Source: Verrucomicrobiota bacterium (GTDB taxonomy: Bacteria > Verrucomicrobiota > Verrucomicrobiia > Limisphaerales > CANJXF01). From it: 24,239 nt of DNA. The stretch spans positions 1 through 24,239 of the forward strand of contig JBBQRQ010000079.1 of assembly GCA_038214755.1 (NCBI GenBank), given 5' to 3'. The notes below the pieces were generated by a model. The model saw only the letters and a program-made list of their open reading frames with translations. It searched no databases and was not told the origin of the DNA. Position 1 is the first letter of the stretch; each line of letters starts with the position of its first letter. The position numbers were made by a program, and so were the translations under genes. Below, one piece after another: positions 7,363 to 15,869 of this stretch.

Positions 7363-10146
7363 TCACAACTTTGCGTGACGCAATCGCAGCGCGTTGCTGA
7401 TGACGGAAACGGAACTCAGACTCATCGCCGCCCCAGCAATGATCGGACTCAGCAGCACGCCGAAAAATGGATACAGCAAACCCGCGGCAATCGGAATGCC
7501 GAGCGCATTGTAAAAAAATGCGAAGAACAAATTCTGCCGAATGTTGTGCATTGTGGCGCGACTGAGATGAATGGCTTTGGCAATGGCGCGCAGGTCGCCT
7601 TTCACCAAAGTGACTCCAGCGCTTTGCATCGCCACGTCGGTGCCCGTACCCATCGCAATTCCGACATCCGCCGCCGCCAGCGCGGGCGCGTCGTTGATGC
7701 CGTCGCCGGCCATCGCCACAATTTTTCCTTCCTGCCGAAGTTTCTGGACGCGCGCGCTCTTGGCCTGCGGTTCGACTTCGGCTTCCACGGAATCAATGCC
7801 GAGCGTTTTTGCCACGGCATCGGCGGTGCGGCGATTGTCGCCAGTGACCATGACGATTTCCAACCCGAGCGCGTGCAAATCACGAATCGCGTCTGCGGTG
7901 GTGGATTTTATCGGGTCTGCCACCGCGAGCAAACCGGCAGCCTTTTTGTCCACCGCAACGAAGACAACGGTTTGTCCGGTTTGCTGAAGTTGTTCGGCTT
8001 GGGATTCCAGATTGCCCAGGTCAGTGACTCCTTCCGCGCGAAGAAAATTGGGCTTGCCGACGAGCACAGTTTTATTTGCCACACGGCCAACCACACCGCC
8101 GCCCGTGACGGAACGAAAGTCGGCAACCGTTTCAAGATTGAGAGATCCAGTGGGGCAGGCTTCCAGCCTGCCACTCCCGGGCATCTTGCCCGAGTTTCCA
8201 ATTCGCGGGCTGGAAGCCCGCAAGGCAGGCAGGATGCCTGCCCCACTTTTCAAAGAGTCTCCGAGGATCTTCGTTTTCGCGCCGTTCACGATGGCAGCGG
8301 CCAATGGATGTTCACTGCTTTGTTCCAGCGAAGCGGCCAGGCGAAGAAGTTCGTTTTGCTCGAAACCTTCGACCGTGATCGTCTCCATCAAACGCGGTTT
8401 GCCTTCGGTAAGCGTCCCAGTTTTGTCCACGATCAGCGTGGTGATTTTTTCCAAACGTTCGAGTGCTTCCGCGCTTTTCATAAGCACACCTTCCTGTGCG
8501 CCGCGACCGATGCCGACCATGATGGACATCGGCGTGGCCAAACCGAGCGCGCACGGACATGCGATGATCAACACGGCGACCGCGTTCACGATGGCGTAAG
8601 CGAGGCGCGGTTCCGGGCCAAACCCCATCCAAAGAGCAAAGGTCAAAATCGCCACGGCTACGACAGTCGGAACAAAAATGGTCGCGACTTTGTCGGCCAT
8701 GCCTTGGATCGGCGCGCGACTGCGTTGCGCTTCGGCCACCATGTTCACGATTTGCGCGAGCATCGTGTCGCGCCCGATTTTTTCCGTGCGCATGATGAAA
8801 CCGCCCGTGCCGTTGACGGTGCCGCCCGTTACTTTGTCGCCGACGTTTTTCTCCACGGGCAATGATTCGCCGGTGATCATCGATTCCTCAACGCTGGAGC
8901 GGCCTTCGGTGACAACGCCATCGACCGGAACTTTGTCGCCCGGTCGCACGCGCAGCAAATCACCGACATGAACTTGTTCGAGCGGAATTTCTTCATCGCC
9001 ATTTTTGCCAAGGCGTCGAGCGATAGGTGGAGCGAGATTGAGCAAAGCTTTGATCGCGCTGCCGGTGCGACTGCGCGCGCGCAATTCGAGAACTTGTCCG
9101 AGAAGAACAAGAACGACAATCACCGCCGCCGCTTCAAAATAAATTCCCACTCCGCCGTGCGATGACATCGCCGAAGGAAAAATTCCTGGCGCCAACATGG
9201 CCGCTGCGCTGTAGATAAACGCCGTGCCGACGCCAATGGCAATGAGCGTGAACATATTCAAATGCCGCGTCACGAGTGAGCGCCATCCTCGCCGAAAGAA
9301 CGGCCAACCCGCCCATAAAATCACCGGCGTGGAGAGCGCGAATTGCGTCCAGCGTGAAACCGGCCCACTCAACCACGAGTTATGTGCCAGCGAAGGAATC
9401 ATATGCGCCATCGCCAGTACGAAGACCGGCAACGTGAGCGCTGCGCCAATCCAAAATCGTCGCGTCATGTCGCGGAGTTCTGCGTCGTCTTCGGCATCGT
9501 CAGACGCCTTCACATTTTTTGGTTCAAGCGCCATCCCGCATTTTGGGCAATCTCCCGGATGATCCTGTTGGATTTCCGGGTGCATCGGACAAGTGTAAAT
9601 GGTTTTGTCCGCCGCGACCCACGAAGGATTGCGTTCCAAAGCCATGCCGCATTTTGGACAATCCCTCGGCTTGTCGGATTCCACGCCCGGACACATCGGA
9701 CAAAAATATTTCGCCGCAGCGGACGGTGTCACTTCGTCCGAGGAAGAATGTCCGCCGCAACACGACTTGGGTTCAGGCGTTTCTGATTTCGCTTTTGGAG
9801 CACCGCAGCAGGAATGTTCCACTGCGGCGGGTAGCACAGGCCACTGGCCTGTGCCGAGCGGCGACGCGCCGCTCGGAACGGGGAAAACGTGCGAACTTTT
9901 CCCTGCATCTGTTTCCTGAGCCAACGTCCTTCCCATTCCGTCCGGCCAGTGGCTGGACGACACAGGCGGGCCGCCTGTGCTACCCATTCCAGTTTCGGGG
10001 TTCGGAGTTGACGGAATTGTTTTCGATTGGCCGCTGAATTTCTGGCGGCAATGTTCGCTGCAAAAGTAAAACGTTTCATCGCCGCGCTTGGTCGAGAGAG
10101 CGGAAGATTCATCCACCGTCATGCCGCAGATTGGATCTGTTTTCAT
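7363..10146 (-). CDS. copA: Cu(I)/Ag(I)-translocating P1B-type ATPase with YHS and two CPMx metal-binding domains; carries two repeat-derived insertions
   Basis: DPICGM...FYFCSEHC (YHS), YFCPMC and YTCPMHP domains, TGES, CPC, DKTGT, SEHPL, GDGIND, YN, MSLSS; ATG at 10146 lies 1 nt after the sigma-factor stop and is preferred over TTG 10212. Confidence 0.92.
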   Translation of the reverse strand: MKTDPICGMTVDESSALSTKRGDETFYFCSEHCRQKFSGQSKTIPSTPNPETGMGSTGGPPVSSSHWPDGMGRTLAQETDAGKSSHVFPVPSGASPLGTGQWPVLPAAVEHSCCGAPKAKSETPEPKSCCGGHSSSDEVTPSAAAKYFCPMCPGVESDKPRDCPKCGMALERNPSWVAADKTIYTCPMHPEIQQDHPGDCPKCGMALEPKNVKASDDAEDDAELRDMTRRFWIGAALTLPVFVLAMAHMIPSLAHNSWLSGPVSRWTQFALSTPVILWAGWPFFRRGWRSLVTRHLNMFTLIAIGVGTAFIYSAAAMLAPGIFPSAMSSHGGVGIYFEAAAVIVVLVLLGQVLELRARSRTGSAIKALLNLAPPIARRLGKNGDEEIPLEQVHVGDLLRVRPGDKVPVDGVVTEGRSSVEESMITGESLPVEKNVGDKVTGGTVNGTGGFIMRTEKIGRDTMLAQIVNMVAEAQRSRAPIQGMADKVATIFVPTVVAVAILTFALWMGFGPEPRLAYAIVNAVAVLIIACPCALGLATPMSIMVGIGRGAQEGVLMKSAEALERLEKITTLIVDKTGTLTEGKPRLMETITVEGFEQNELLRLAASLEQSSEHPLAAAIVNGAKTKILGDSLKSGAGILPALRASSPRIGNSGKMPGSGRLEACPTGSLNLETVADFRSVTGGGVVGRVANKTVLVGKPNFLRAEGVTDLGNLESQAEQLQQTGQTVVFVAVDKKAAGLLAVADPIKSTTADAIRDLHALGLEIVMVTGDNRRTADAVAKTLGIDSVEAEVEPQAKSARVQKLRQEGKIVAMAGDGINDAPALAAADVGIAMGTGTDVAMQSAGVTLVKGDLRAIAKAIHLSRATMHNIRQNLFFAFFYNALGIPIAAGLLYPFFGVLLSPIIAGAAMSLSSVSVISNALRLRHAKL
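8149..8247. repeat. GTGG-headed four-hairpin REP-like element in frame within copA
   Basis: Perfect 12-bp terminal IR agtggggcaggc/gcctgccccact; 99 bp = 33 codons; four internal hairpins. Confidence 0.9.
9829..9985. repeat. GTAG-headed four-hairpin REP-like element within the copA 5' region
   Basis: Perfect 13-bp terminal IR gggtagcacaggc/gcctgtgctaccc; hairpins at 9834-9854, 9854-9876, 9940-9958 and 9961-9979. Confidence 0.9.
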
Positions 10147-10147
10147 A

Positions 10148-10717
10148 TCAAGAATGGGTTTCGCAGTAGCAGTCGAGACAACCGTGCGTCGCGCAAAGTC
10201 GGCAGGTTTCAATCAATCGCTCCTTGAGTTGTTGTCGCGCACGATGCAAGCGCACTTTCAAATTTCCCGCCATGATGTCCAGACTCGCAGCGACTTCCTC
10301 GGTGGATTGCTCGTCGAAATCAACGCGACGAATTACCTCCGCATACTCCGGTTTCAACGTCGGCAGCAGGCGCGTCACGCATTCGCAAATGACACCATGC
10401 GATTCCGCGTCCGGCGACTTTTCCATCTCAATGGCAAATCGCTCCAACGCTTTTGTCTGCGTGGCTTTCTTGCGATGAAGATCGGGGATCGCATTGCGGA
10501 GGACGCGATAAAACCACGCGACCAGATTTTCGTCGTGCCGTAATTCTTCCTCGGCGCGCAGGGCCTTGAGCAAGGCGTCCTGCACCACATCCGCCGCCAA
10601 CTCCGGGTCGCCCAGCCGACGTTGAGCAAAGCGGCGAAAGGCCGCCAGATTTTCGGTCAACAATTGGCGAAGCTGTTCCGCCATTTCAGGGGGTGCCATT
10701 GCCGTGTTATTTTTCAT
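10148..10717 (-). CDS. CorE-like metal-dependent ECF RNA polymerase sigma factor
   Basis: Sigma2 ([21 protein letters not shown]) and sigma4 (EEVAASL...[11 protein letters not shown]) regions, CEC linker motif, C-terminal [14 protein letters not shown]; start may be 10717, 10699 or 10684. Confidence 0.88.
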   Translation of the reverse strand: MKNNTAMAPPEMAEQLRQLLTENLAAFRRFAQRRLGDPELAADVVQDALLKALRAEEELRHDENLVAWFYRVLRNAIPDLHRKKATQTKALERFAIEMEKSPDAESHGVICECVTRLLPTLKPEYAEVIRRVDFDEQSTEEVAASLDIMAGNLKVRLHRARQQLKERLIETCRLCATHGCLDCYCETHS

Positions 10718-10730
10718 TTCTACTGATGCT

Positions 10731-10756
10731 AACGTTTGCGCGATGCATAAGTTACA
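10731..10756 (-). promoter_or_regulatory. putative ECF-type promoter for the sigma-copA operon
   Basis: TGTAAC-16 nt-CGTT, matching the general ECF -35 AAC / -10 CGT pattern. Confidence 0.55.
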
Positions 10757-10828
10757 CCACGCGCAGTGACGGTGATTGCCAAAACTCCTTGCCATGAGGT
10801 CCCCGGATAGACATTCGGGACAAACTGT

Positions 10829-10857
10829 TTGTCTTTGCCGCGAACGACGAGTAATTT
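10829..10857 (+). promoter_or_regulatory. putative leaderless sigma70 promoter
   Basis: TTGTCT-17-TAATTT-7 nt-ATG (10865). Confidence 0.55.
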
Positions 10858-10864
10858 CCAGCGC

Positions 10865-11089
10865 ATGATCACGGACAACATTAAAGAATTGATGGACGCC
10901 GATCCGTTTCAACCGGTGCGGATTGTTCTCGGTGACCAGCAATCGTTCATCGTCGAACACACTGATTATTTGATGATCAGCCCTGATCGACAGACCGTCG
11001 TTTTTTATGATCGAGAAGGGAAATTCAAATTCCTCAATGCGCAGCAAATCAGGCTGGTGGAACCGGTGAATAGTTCAGCGTCAAAATGA
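10865..11089 (+). CDS. small hypothetical beta-rich protein (74 aa)
   Basis: MITDNIKELMDADPFQPVRIVLGDQQSFIVEH...; resembles the PFxPFxIxLxDG small proteins I recall from PVC genomes; promoter geometry supports ATG 10865. Confidence 0.7.
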   Translation: MITDNIKELMDADPFQPVRIVLGDQQSFIVEHTDYLMISPDRQTVVFYDREGKFKFLNAQQIRLVEPVNSSASK

Positions 11090-11127
11090 ATTAACCCGTT
11101 GCCGAGAATCGGTAAAAAATTCCGGGT

Positions 11128-11892
11128 TCAACGCGCCTTCACTCCAATTTTGCTTTCTCCCTCCGAATTTTTTTCCTCAGCCGTCAGGCTTAGAAAACTT
11201 TGTTCGAGCGCGCCGTTTTCTCCGCTTTGTTGGCGAAGCTCTTCGCGTGTTCCGACCGCGATCATCCTGCCTTGATGAATGATGCCGATGCGGTCGGCCA
11301 TTTCTTCCGCGACGCTGAGTTGATGCGTGGAAAGAAAAACCGTCATGCCCTTGAGCGAACGTTCTTTCAAAATATCTTTGACGACGCGGACGTGCTGCGG
11401 ATCAAGGCCGACCATCGGTTCGTCAATCACAAAAACTTCCGGGTCGTGCATCAGCGCGGAAAGAATCGCCACTCGCTGGCGTGTGCCGTGGGAAAGTCCT
11501 TCAATGGGTTTGTTGATGGACTCTTCGAGATTGAAACGCGGGACAAGTTCGCGACAGGAAGCTTGAATCTGTGCTTCGGTCATCCGAAAAAGCTGGCCGG
11601 TGAAACGAAAAAATTCCCACGGCGTGAGCTTGTCGTAGAGAAATGGAAAATCGGGAATGTAAGCAATGCGGCGTCGCGCTTCCAGTGATTGCGTTTGAAC
11701 ATCGAACCCGGCCACGCGCACCGATCCAGAAGTGGGTTTGAGCAATCCCGCGATGATGCGAATGGTGGTGGTCTTCCCGGCCGCGTTCGGTCCGAGCACC
11801 GCGAAAAATTCTCCGCGCGGAACGGTCAGGGAAATATTATTGACCGCGACGAGGTCGCCGAATTTTTTTGAAAGGTTGATTAGCTCGATCAT
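11128..11892 (-). CDS. ABC transporter ATP-binding protein (ABC-2 exporter type)
   Basis: Walker A GPNAAGKTT, signature LSHGTRQR, Walker B VFVIDEP, H-loop STH. Confidence 0.93.
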   Translation of the reverse strand: MIELINLSKKFGDLVAVNNISLTVPRGEFFAVLGPNAAGKTTTIRIIAGLLKPTSGSVRVAGFDVQTQSLEARRRIAYIPDFPFLYDKLTPWEFFRFTGQLFRMTEAQIQASCRELVPRFNLEESINKPIEGLSHGTRQRVAILSALMHDPEVFVIDEPMVGLDPQHVRVVKDILKERSLKGMTVFLSTHQLSVAEEMADRIGIIHQGRMIAVGTREELRQQSGENGALEQSFLSLTAEEKNSEGESKIGVKAR

Positions 11893-11904
11893 TTGGATCG
11901 TGAG

Positions 11905-12003
11905 TTGTTAAATTGTTAAATTGTTGAATCGTTGAATCGTTTCGAGACGACGTCATTTTCGTTACGCGACGGTTTAACGGTTTAACGATTTAACGGTGCA
12001 ACG
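11905..12003. repeat. inverted pair of octamer tandem arrays
   Basis: ttgttaaa ttgttaaa ttgttgaa tcgttgaa tcgtt (11905-11941) facing acggttta acggttta acgattta acggtgca acg (11969-12003). Confidence 0.75.
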
Positions 12004-12010
12004 TTTTCAT

Positions 12011-12835
12011 TTAAAAATGGGTGAACGCGTCGTTGCTCAAGACAATTTTATCCGGCAACTCGACCCAGAGAATTTCTCCCACGCGACTGACAAAGAGAAA
12101 AATTTCAAAACGATCCAACAATTTTGTGCGCAAGCGATAGACGCGGACTTTCGAATGGCCAAAGCGCATCGAGTCGTTGTTCGCCTCCCACTTTAAAGAA
12201 AAAAGAGGATTGGCCGAATTGGTTTTCCCCTGATTACCCAAACCCAAATTTCCGAGGCTGCCAAACAACGTCAGCGCCAGCGGGCCGCCGAACTCGCGCA
12301 GTAGCACTTGCGGATTTCGCAGTTGCTCGAAGGTAAAAGTTTGTTCCCAGCGCTCGATTCCGTCATCGACGACGAGTCGAACTTTTTGTTCCGCCGCGCT
12401 GGTGTGAAGTTCCCACGAATCGGGGCGGCGATTGGCGCGCAAGGAAAATTCCTGCCACGTTTTATTCGTGGAAATCTTCAAATTAAGATCGAAGCGTAAA
12501 CGATTGGTCGTGCCTTCGAGGGTCACGTTTCCTTCCAGGTCGAGACTGTAGCCGGTGGGATCCTTGACCATTCCTTCCGGTTGAAAATCTTCAGATAGAT
12601 TTTTGGCGGCCTGCGTGCCGACGCTGGCGGACAACCGGCAAAAACCGATTTTCTTTCCGTGATGATAAACCTCCAGCGAAGAAACATCGGGCGCGGTCAA
12701 AATTTTATTCACCACTCCGCCCACTGGAATATTGTTGCCAATTGGTTTGTGCCCGGAAAATTCCGCACGCCACAGCAGGAAGTTCATCGTCAGCCAGAAC
12801 AGCGTGATGAGCAGAAAAAAAATACGCGAGCGCAT
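12011..12835 (-). CDS. hypothetical membrane-anchored, beta-rich exported protein
   Basis: N-terminal hydrophobic helix (IFFLLITLFWLTMNFLLW); 6 nt downstream of the LysM gene stop. Confidence 0.8.
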   Translation of the reverse strand: MRSRIFFLLITLFWLTMNFLLWRAEFSGHKPIGNNIPVGGVVNKILTAPDVSSLEVYHHGKKIGFCRLSASVGTQAAKNLSEDFQPEGMVKDPTGYSLDLEGNVTLEGTTNRLRFDLNLKISTNKTWQEFSLRANRRPDSWELHTSAAEQKVRLVVDDGIERWEQTFTFEQLRNPQVLLREFGGPLALTLFGSLGNLGLGNQGKTNSANPLFSLKWEANNDSMRFGHSKVRVYRLRTKLLDRFEIFLFVSRVGEILWVELPDKIVLSNDAFTHF

Positions 12836-12841
12836 GGCGGA

Positions 12842-13606
12842 TTATTGCGAGGACGATGGAACGGTCAGCACCTGCCCGACTTTCAAACGGCGCGGATCGA
12901 CTTTCGGGTTGGCTGCTAAAAATACATTCAGCTTCACGTTATATTTCGCGGCGACGGAAGTGATGGTTTCGCCCGATTTGACCACGTGCGTTTTCGGACG
13001 CGCGGAAGTTCTCAACGAAACGCGCGGGTCAGAATTTCGCGAAACAGAATTTCGGGAATCAGAATTTGTGACGCGCGGTGAAGAAACCACGCCGATTGCA
13101 TCGGCTACATTTGCGGCGGCGACGGAGTTCGAGCGGGCGGCGAGTTGGAGTTGCAGTGCTTCCAATTGCCGCTTCAGCAAAAGATTTTCCGCCGCGAGCC
13201 GGTCGAGATCGCGTTGCATTCCCTGGTTCACCGGCGCCAGGACTTCGTTTTTGACCAGGTCCATTTTGCAGGCGCGAATATGGTCTTTGGCGCGGTCGGC
13301 GTAATCGGAATTCGGACGCAAACGGAGATGCTGTTGGTAATGATAAATCGCGGCGGCATAATCTTTGAGCTGCTCCTCGTTGAGGCAAGCCAGTTCAAAA
13401 TGGGCGGAAGCGGAACGAGGATTGGCTTCGAGCGCCTTTTCAAATTCTTCCACGGCGCCTTTGTAATCCTGACTGCTGACACGGCTGCGGCCATTTAAAT
13501 AGTGAGGGTCTTTTTGTTCGTCCGCGGCGGATTCCGAATTTGAATCGCAGCCGGCAATGGCGAGGAGCAAAATTAAAAAAAGGCAACGCATTGCCTGAAA
13601 AATCAT
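12842..13606 (-). CDS. TPR + coiled-coil + LysM lipoprotein
   Basis: Lipobox IAGC, TPR (DYKGAVEEFEKALEANPRSASAHFELA), C-terminal LysM (HVVKSGETITSVAAKYNV...NPKVDPRRLKVGQVLTVP); ATG 13606 supported by promoter geometry. Confidence 0.88.
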   Translation of the reverse strand: MIFQAMRCLFLILLLAIAGCDSNSESAADEQKDPHYLNGRSRVSSQDYKGAVEEFEKALEANPRSASAHFELACLNEEQLKDYAAAIYHYQQHLRLRPNSDYADRAKDHIRACKMDLVKNEVLAPVNQGMQRDLDRLAAENLLLKRQLEALQLQLAARSNSVAAANVADAIGVVSSPRVTNSDSRNSVSRNSDPRVSLRTSARPKTHVVKSGETITSVAAKYNVKLNVFLAANPKVDPRRLKVGQVLTVPSSSQ

Positions 13607-13613
13607 GGCGGAA

Positions 13614-13642
13614 AACGTAAGTGAAGGAGTCAGGTTCAGCAA
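13614..13642 (-). promoter_or_regulatory. putative leaderless sigma70 promoter
   Basis: TTGCTG-17-TACGTT-7 nt-ATG. Confidence 0.55.
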
Positions 13643-13712
13643 GGAAGGTGATTGGGGGGACCGCGGGAATTGCGGGTAGCATCTCCCTCCGACGGATGCG
13701 AATTCCCCATCC

Positions 13713-13766
13713 GATGTTCAGTGTTCGATCTTCAGTGTTTGATGTTCGTGTTTGATGTTCAGTGTT
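13713..13766 (+). repeat. alternating heptamer array (gatgttc/agtgttc), about 8 units
   Basis: gatgttc agtgttc gatcttc agtgttt gatgttc gtgttt gatgttc agtgtt. Confidence 0.8.
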
Positions 13767-13821
13767 AGAAACTAAAATGGAGCAGCCGCTACCGGCATTT
13801 CCGATCCTACCCAACTTCCCC

Positions 13822-13845
13822 CTTTTCACTTTTGCCTTTTGACTT
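13822..13845 (+). repeat. heptamer array (cttttgc-type) x3 in the proA promoter region
   Basis: cttttca cttttgc cttttga ctt, directly before TAACTT-6 nt-GTG. Confidence 0.6.
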
Positions 13846-13856
13846 AACTTCTCTTC

Positions 13857-15136
13857 GTGAATTTGACCGAACAGATGACGCACTTGGCCCGCCAGGCCAA
13901 AGCGGCGTCGCGCGAGTTGGCCAAGCTCACCTCCGCGGAAAAAAATAATTGTCTTTTCGCCATGGCCGATGCGCTCGAAAAAAATTCCAACGCCATCAAA
14001 TCCGCCAACACCCGCGACATGGAAACCGCGGCTCAGATGGGAATTTCTTCCGCGATGCTCGACCGACTGAAACTCGATGACAAACGGATTTCCGCGATGG
14101 CAAAAGGCCTGCGCGAAGTTGCCGCGTTGCCCGATCCCGTCGGGAAAATTCTCGAGGAACGCGTTCGCCCCAATGGATTGAAGCTGCAAAAAATTTCCAC
14201 GCCGATTGGCGTCGTCGTCATCATTTACGAGTCGCGTCCCAACGTGACGGCGGAGGCGGCGAGCCTTTGTTTCAAATCTGGCAACGCGACGATTTTGCGC
14301 GGCGGCAAGGAGGCGATTCATTCCAATCAAGTCATCGGGGACATCATGGTCAACGCGGCGAAAAAACATCTCGCCAAATTTCCAGAGCAGGCGATCCAGG
14401 TTGTCGCGACGACCGACCGCGACGCCATCAAAGAGCTTTTGTCGCTCACGCAGTTTGTCGATTTGTGCATGCCACGCGGCGGAGAAAGTTTGATTCGCGC
14501 CGTCGCTGAGTGCAGCAAAGTTCCGGTGATCAAACATTACAAAGGCGTTTGCCATGTCTATGTCGATGCCTACGCCGATTTAAAAATGGCGGAAGAAATT
14601 GCGTTGAACGCGAAAATTCAACGGCCGGCAGTTTGTAACGCGATGGAAACATTGCTCGTGGACAGATCCGTGGCCGAAAATTTTCTTCCGCAAATCGCGG
14701 CAAAGCTGGCGGAGAAGAATGTTGAATTGCGCTGCGACGAAACCGCGCTGGCACTTTTTCAATCGTCAATCGTCAATCGTCAATCAAAGCGGCGACCGAG
14801 CAGGATTGGTCCACTGAATACAACGATTACATCCTCAACGTCCGCGTCGTGGACGGAGTGAAATCTGCCATCGATCACATCAATCATTATGGCTCAGCCC
14901 ACTCCGACAGCATCGTGACCAAGAAGGAATCGCGCGCAAAACAATTCCTCGCGGAAGTAGATTCGGCGACCGTTTACTGGAATGCCTCGACTCGTTTCAC
15001 CGATGGCGGCGAGTTCGGAATGGGCGCGGAAATCGGCATCAGCACCGACAAAATCGGCGCGCGCGGCCCGATGGGTTTGCAGGAATTGACGAGTTACAAA
15101 TGGCTTGGTTTCGGCGATGGGCAAATCCGAAGTTAA
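13857..15136 (+). pseudogene. proA: glutamate-5-semialdehyde dehydrogenase (gamma-glutamyl phosphate reductase), frameshifted near 14755-14786
   Basis: 5' part has IIYESRPNVT, LRGGKEA, PRGGESLI and catalytic AVCNAMETLL; from 14786 another frame continues [23 protein letters not shown]...[11 protein letters not shown]...[22 protein letters not shown]; identity is secure, but the frameshift may be real, variable or an assembly error. Confidence 0.85.
14759..14785 (+). repeat. perfect heptamer array (tcaatcg) x3.9 inside proA
   Basis: tcaatcg tcaatcg tcaatcg tcaatc. Confidence 0.9.
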
Positions 15137-15152
15137 ACCAACGCGGTCGCAC

Positions 15153-15180
15153 TTGTCAGCCAACCCAATCTCGGCAACAT
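15153..15180 (+). promoter_or_regulatory. putative leaderless promoter of Uma2 copy 1
   Basis: TTGTCA-16-CAACAT-7 nt-ATG. Confidence 0.5.
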
Positions 15181-15187
15181 TCTCCTT

Positions 15188-15757
15188 ATGCAAACGGCCC
15201 TTCAAAACGATTTTGTCAGTGTCGAAGATTATCTCGCCAGCGAGGAATCGAGCGATATTCGCCACGAATATCTTGGTGGTCTCGTATACGCGATGGCTGG
15301 AGAGACGCGCGATCATAATCGAATAGTTGGAAATCTTTATCGCAACATTTTCGAGGGGCTGAAGGGAAAGTCTTGTGAAATTTACATGGGCAACATCCGC
15401 GTGAATTTCAAAGTGCGCGAGGATGAATATTATTATTATCCCGACATTATCGTCACTTGCGATCCGCGCGACACGGATAAGCGTTTTATCCGTTACCCCC
15501 AATTGATTATTGAAGTTTCGTCCCCGGGCACGGAACGCATTGATCGCCGTGAAAAATTTCTCACCTACACCAACATCGAATCGCTTGAGGAATATGTTTT
15601 GATTCCGCAAAGTAATTCGGAAATCACCGCTTTTCGCCGCGCCAATCATTGGCGAGTTGAGAAAATCGTTGGTGGAAGCAGCCATCTTAGCTTGGACTCT
15701 CTGCAAATCACGTTGCCGCGCGCGACGATTTACGAGGGGTTAATTGAACGGGACTAA
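15188..15757 (+). CDS. Uma2 family (PD-(D/E)XK) endonuclease, copy 1
   Basis: EDYLASE...RHEYLGGLVYAMAG, YYPDIIVTCD, LIIEVSSPGTERIDRREK, SLEEYVLI. Confidence 0.92.
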   Translation: MQTALQNDFVSVEDYLASEESSDIRHEYLGGLVYAMAGETRDHNRIVGNLYRNIFEGLKGKSCEIYMGNIRVNFKVREDEYYYYPDIIVTCDPRDTDKRFIRYPQLIIEVSSPGTERIDRREKFLTYTNIESLEEYVLIPQSNSEITAFRRANHWRVEKIVGGSSHLSLDSLQITLPRATIYEGLIERD

Positions 15758-15834
15758 ATTTGCGAACGCGCAGTGATTGAACCTACCATCGCCGAAAAAT
15801 CACTCTTCATTCGACGCGAAGCCGCACCGAGCAC

Positions 15835-15862
15835 TTGTCATTGAATTGTTTTTCGACAAGAT
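15835..15862 (+). promoter_or_regulatory. putative promoter of Uma2 copy 2 (the ORF-track TTG start is its -35 box)
   Basis: TTGTCA-16-CAAGAT-7 nt, same geometry as copy 1. Confidence 0.5.
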
Positions 15863-15869
15863 TTTTTCC

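Noticed and set aside
8143..8270. Intein or self-splicing intron as the explanation for the CopA insertion
   Set aside because: Far too short, no Cys/Ser...His-Asn intein ends and no group I/II features; explained by the DNA palindrome
7375..8865. 496-aa plus-strand ORF, and similar long antisense ORFs such as 13440-14555, 14894-15706 and 6665-7378
   Set aside because: Antisense shadows of well-supported genes, with no motifs of their own
10718..11047. 109-residue N-terminal extension of the sigma factor in the ORF track
   Set aside because: Overlaps the divergent small gene and both promoters; sigma homology starts only near 10684
13029..13068. 15-nt repeat (cagaattt...) in the LysM protein linker
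   Set aside because: In-frame, about 2.6 copies, in a low-complexity linker; ordinary local duplication unrelated to the dispersed families
13660..13815. Riboswitch or ncRNA upstream of proA
   Set aside because: No recognisable aptamer consensus, and the proA -10 box sits 6 nt before its start, leaving no leader
15426..15440. (tat)4 run encoding YYYY in both Uma2 genes
   Set aside because: Tyr-rich sequence before the PD motif is normal for the family; a triplet repeat cannot shift the frame
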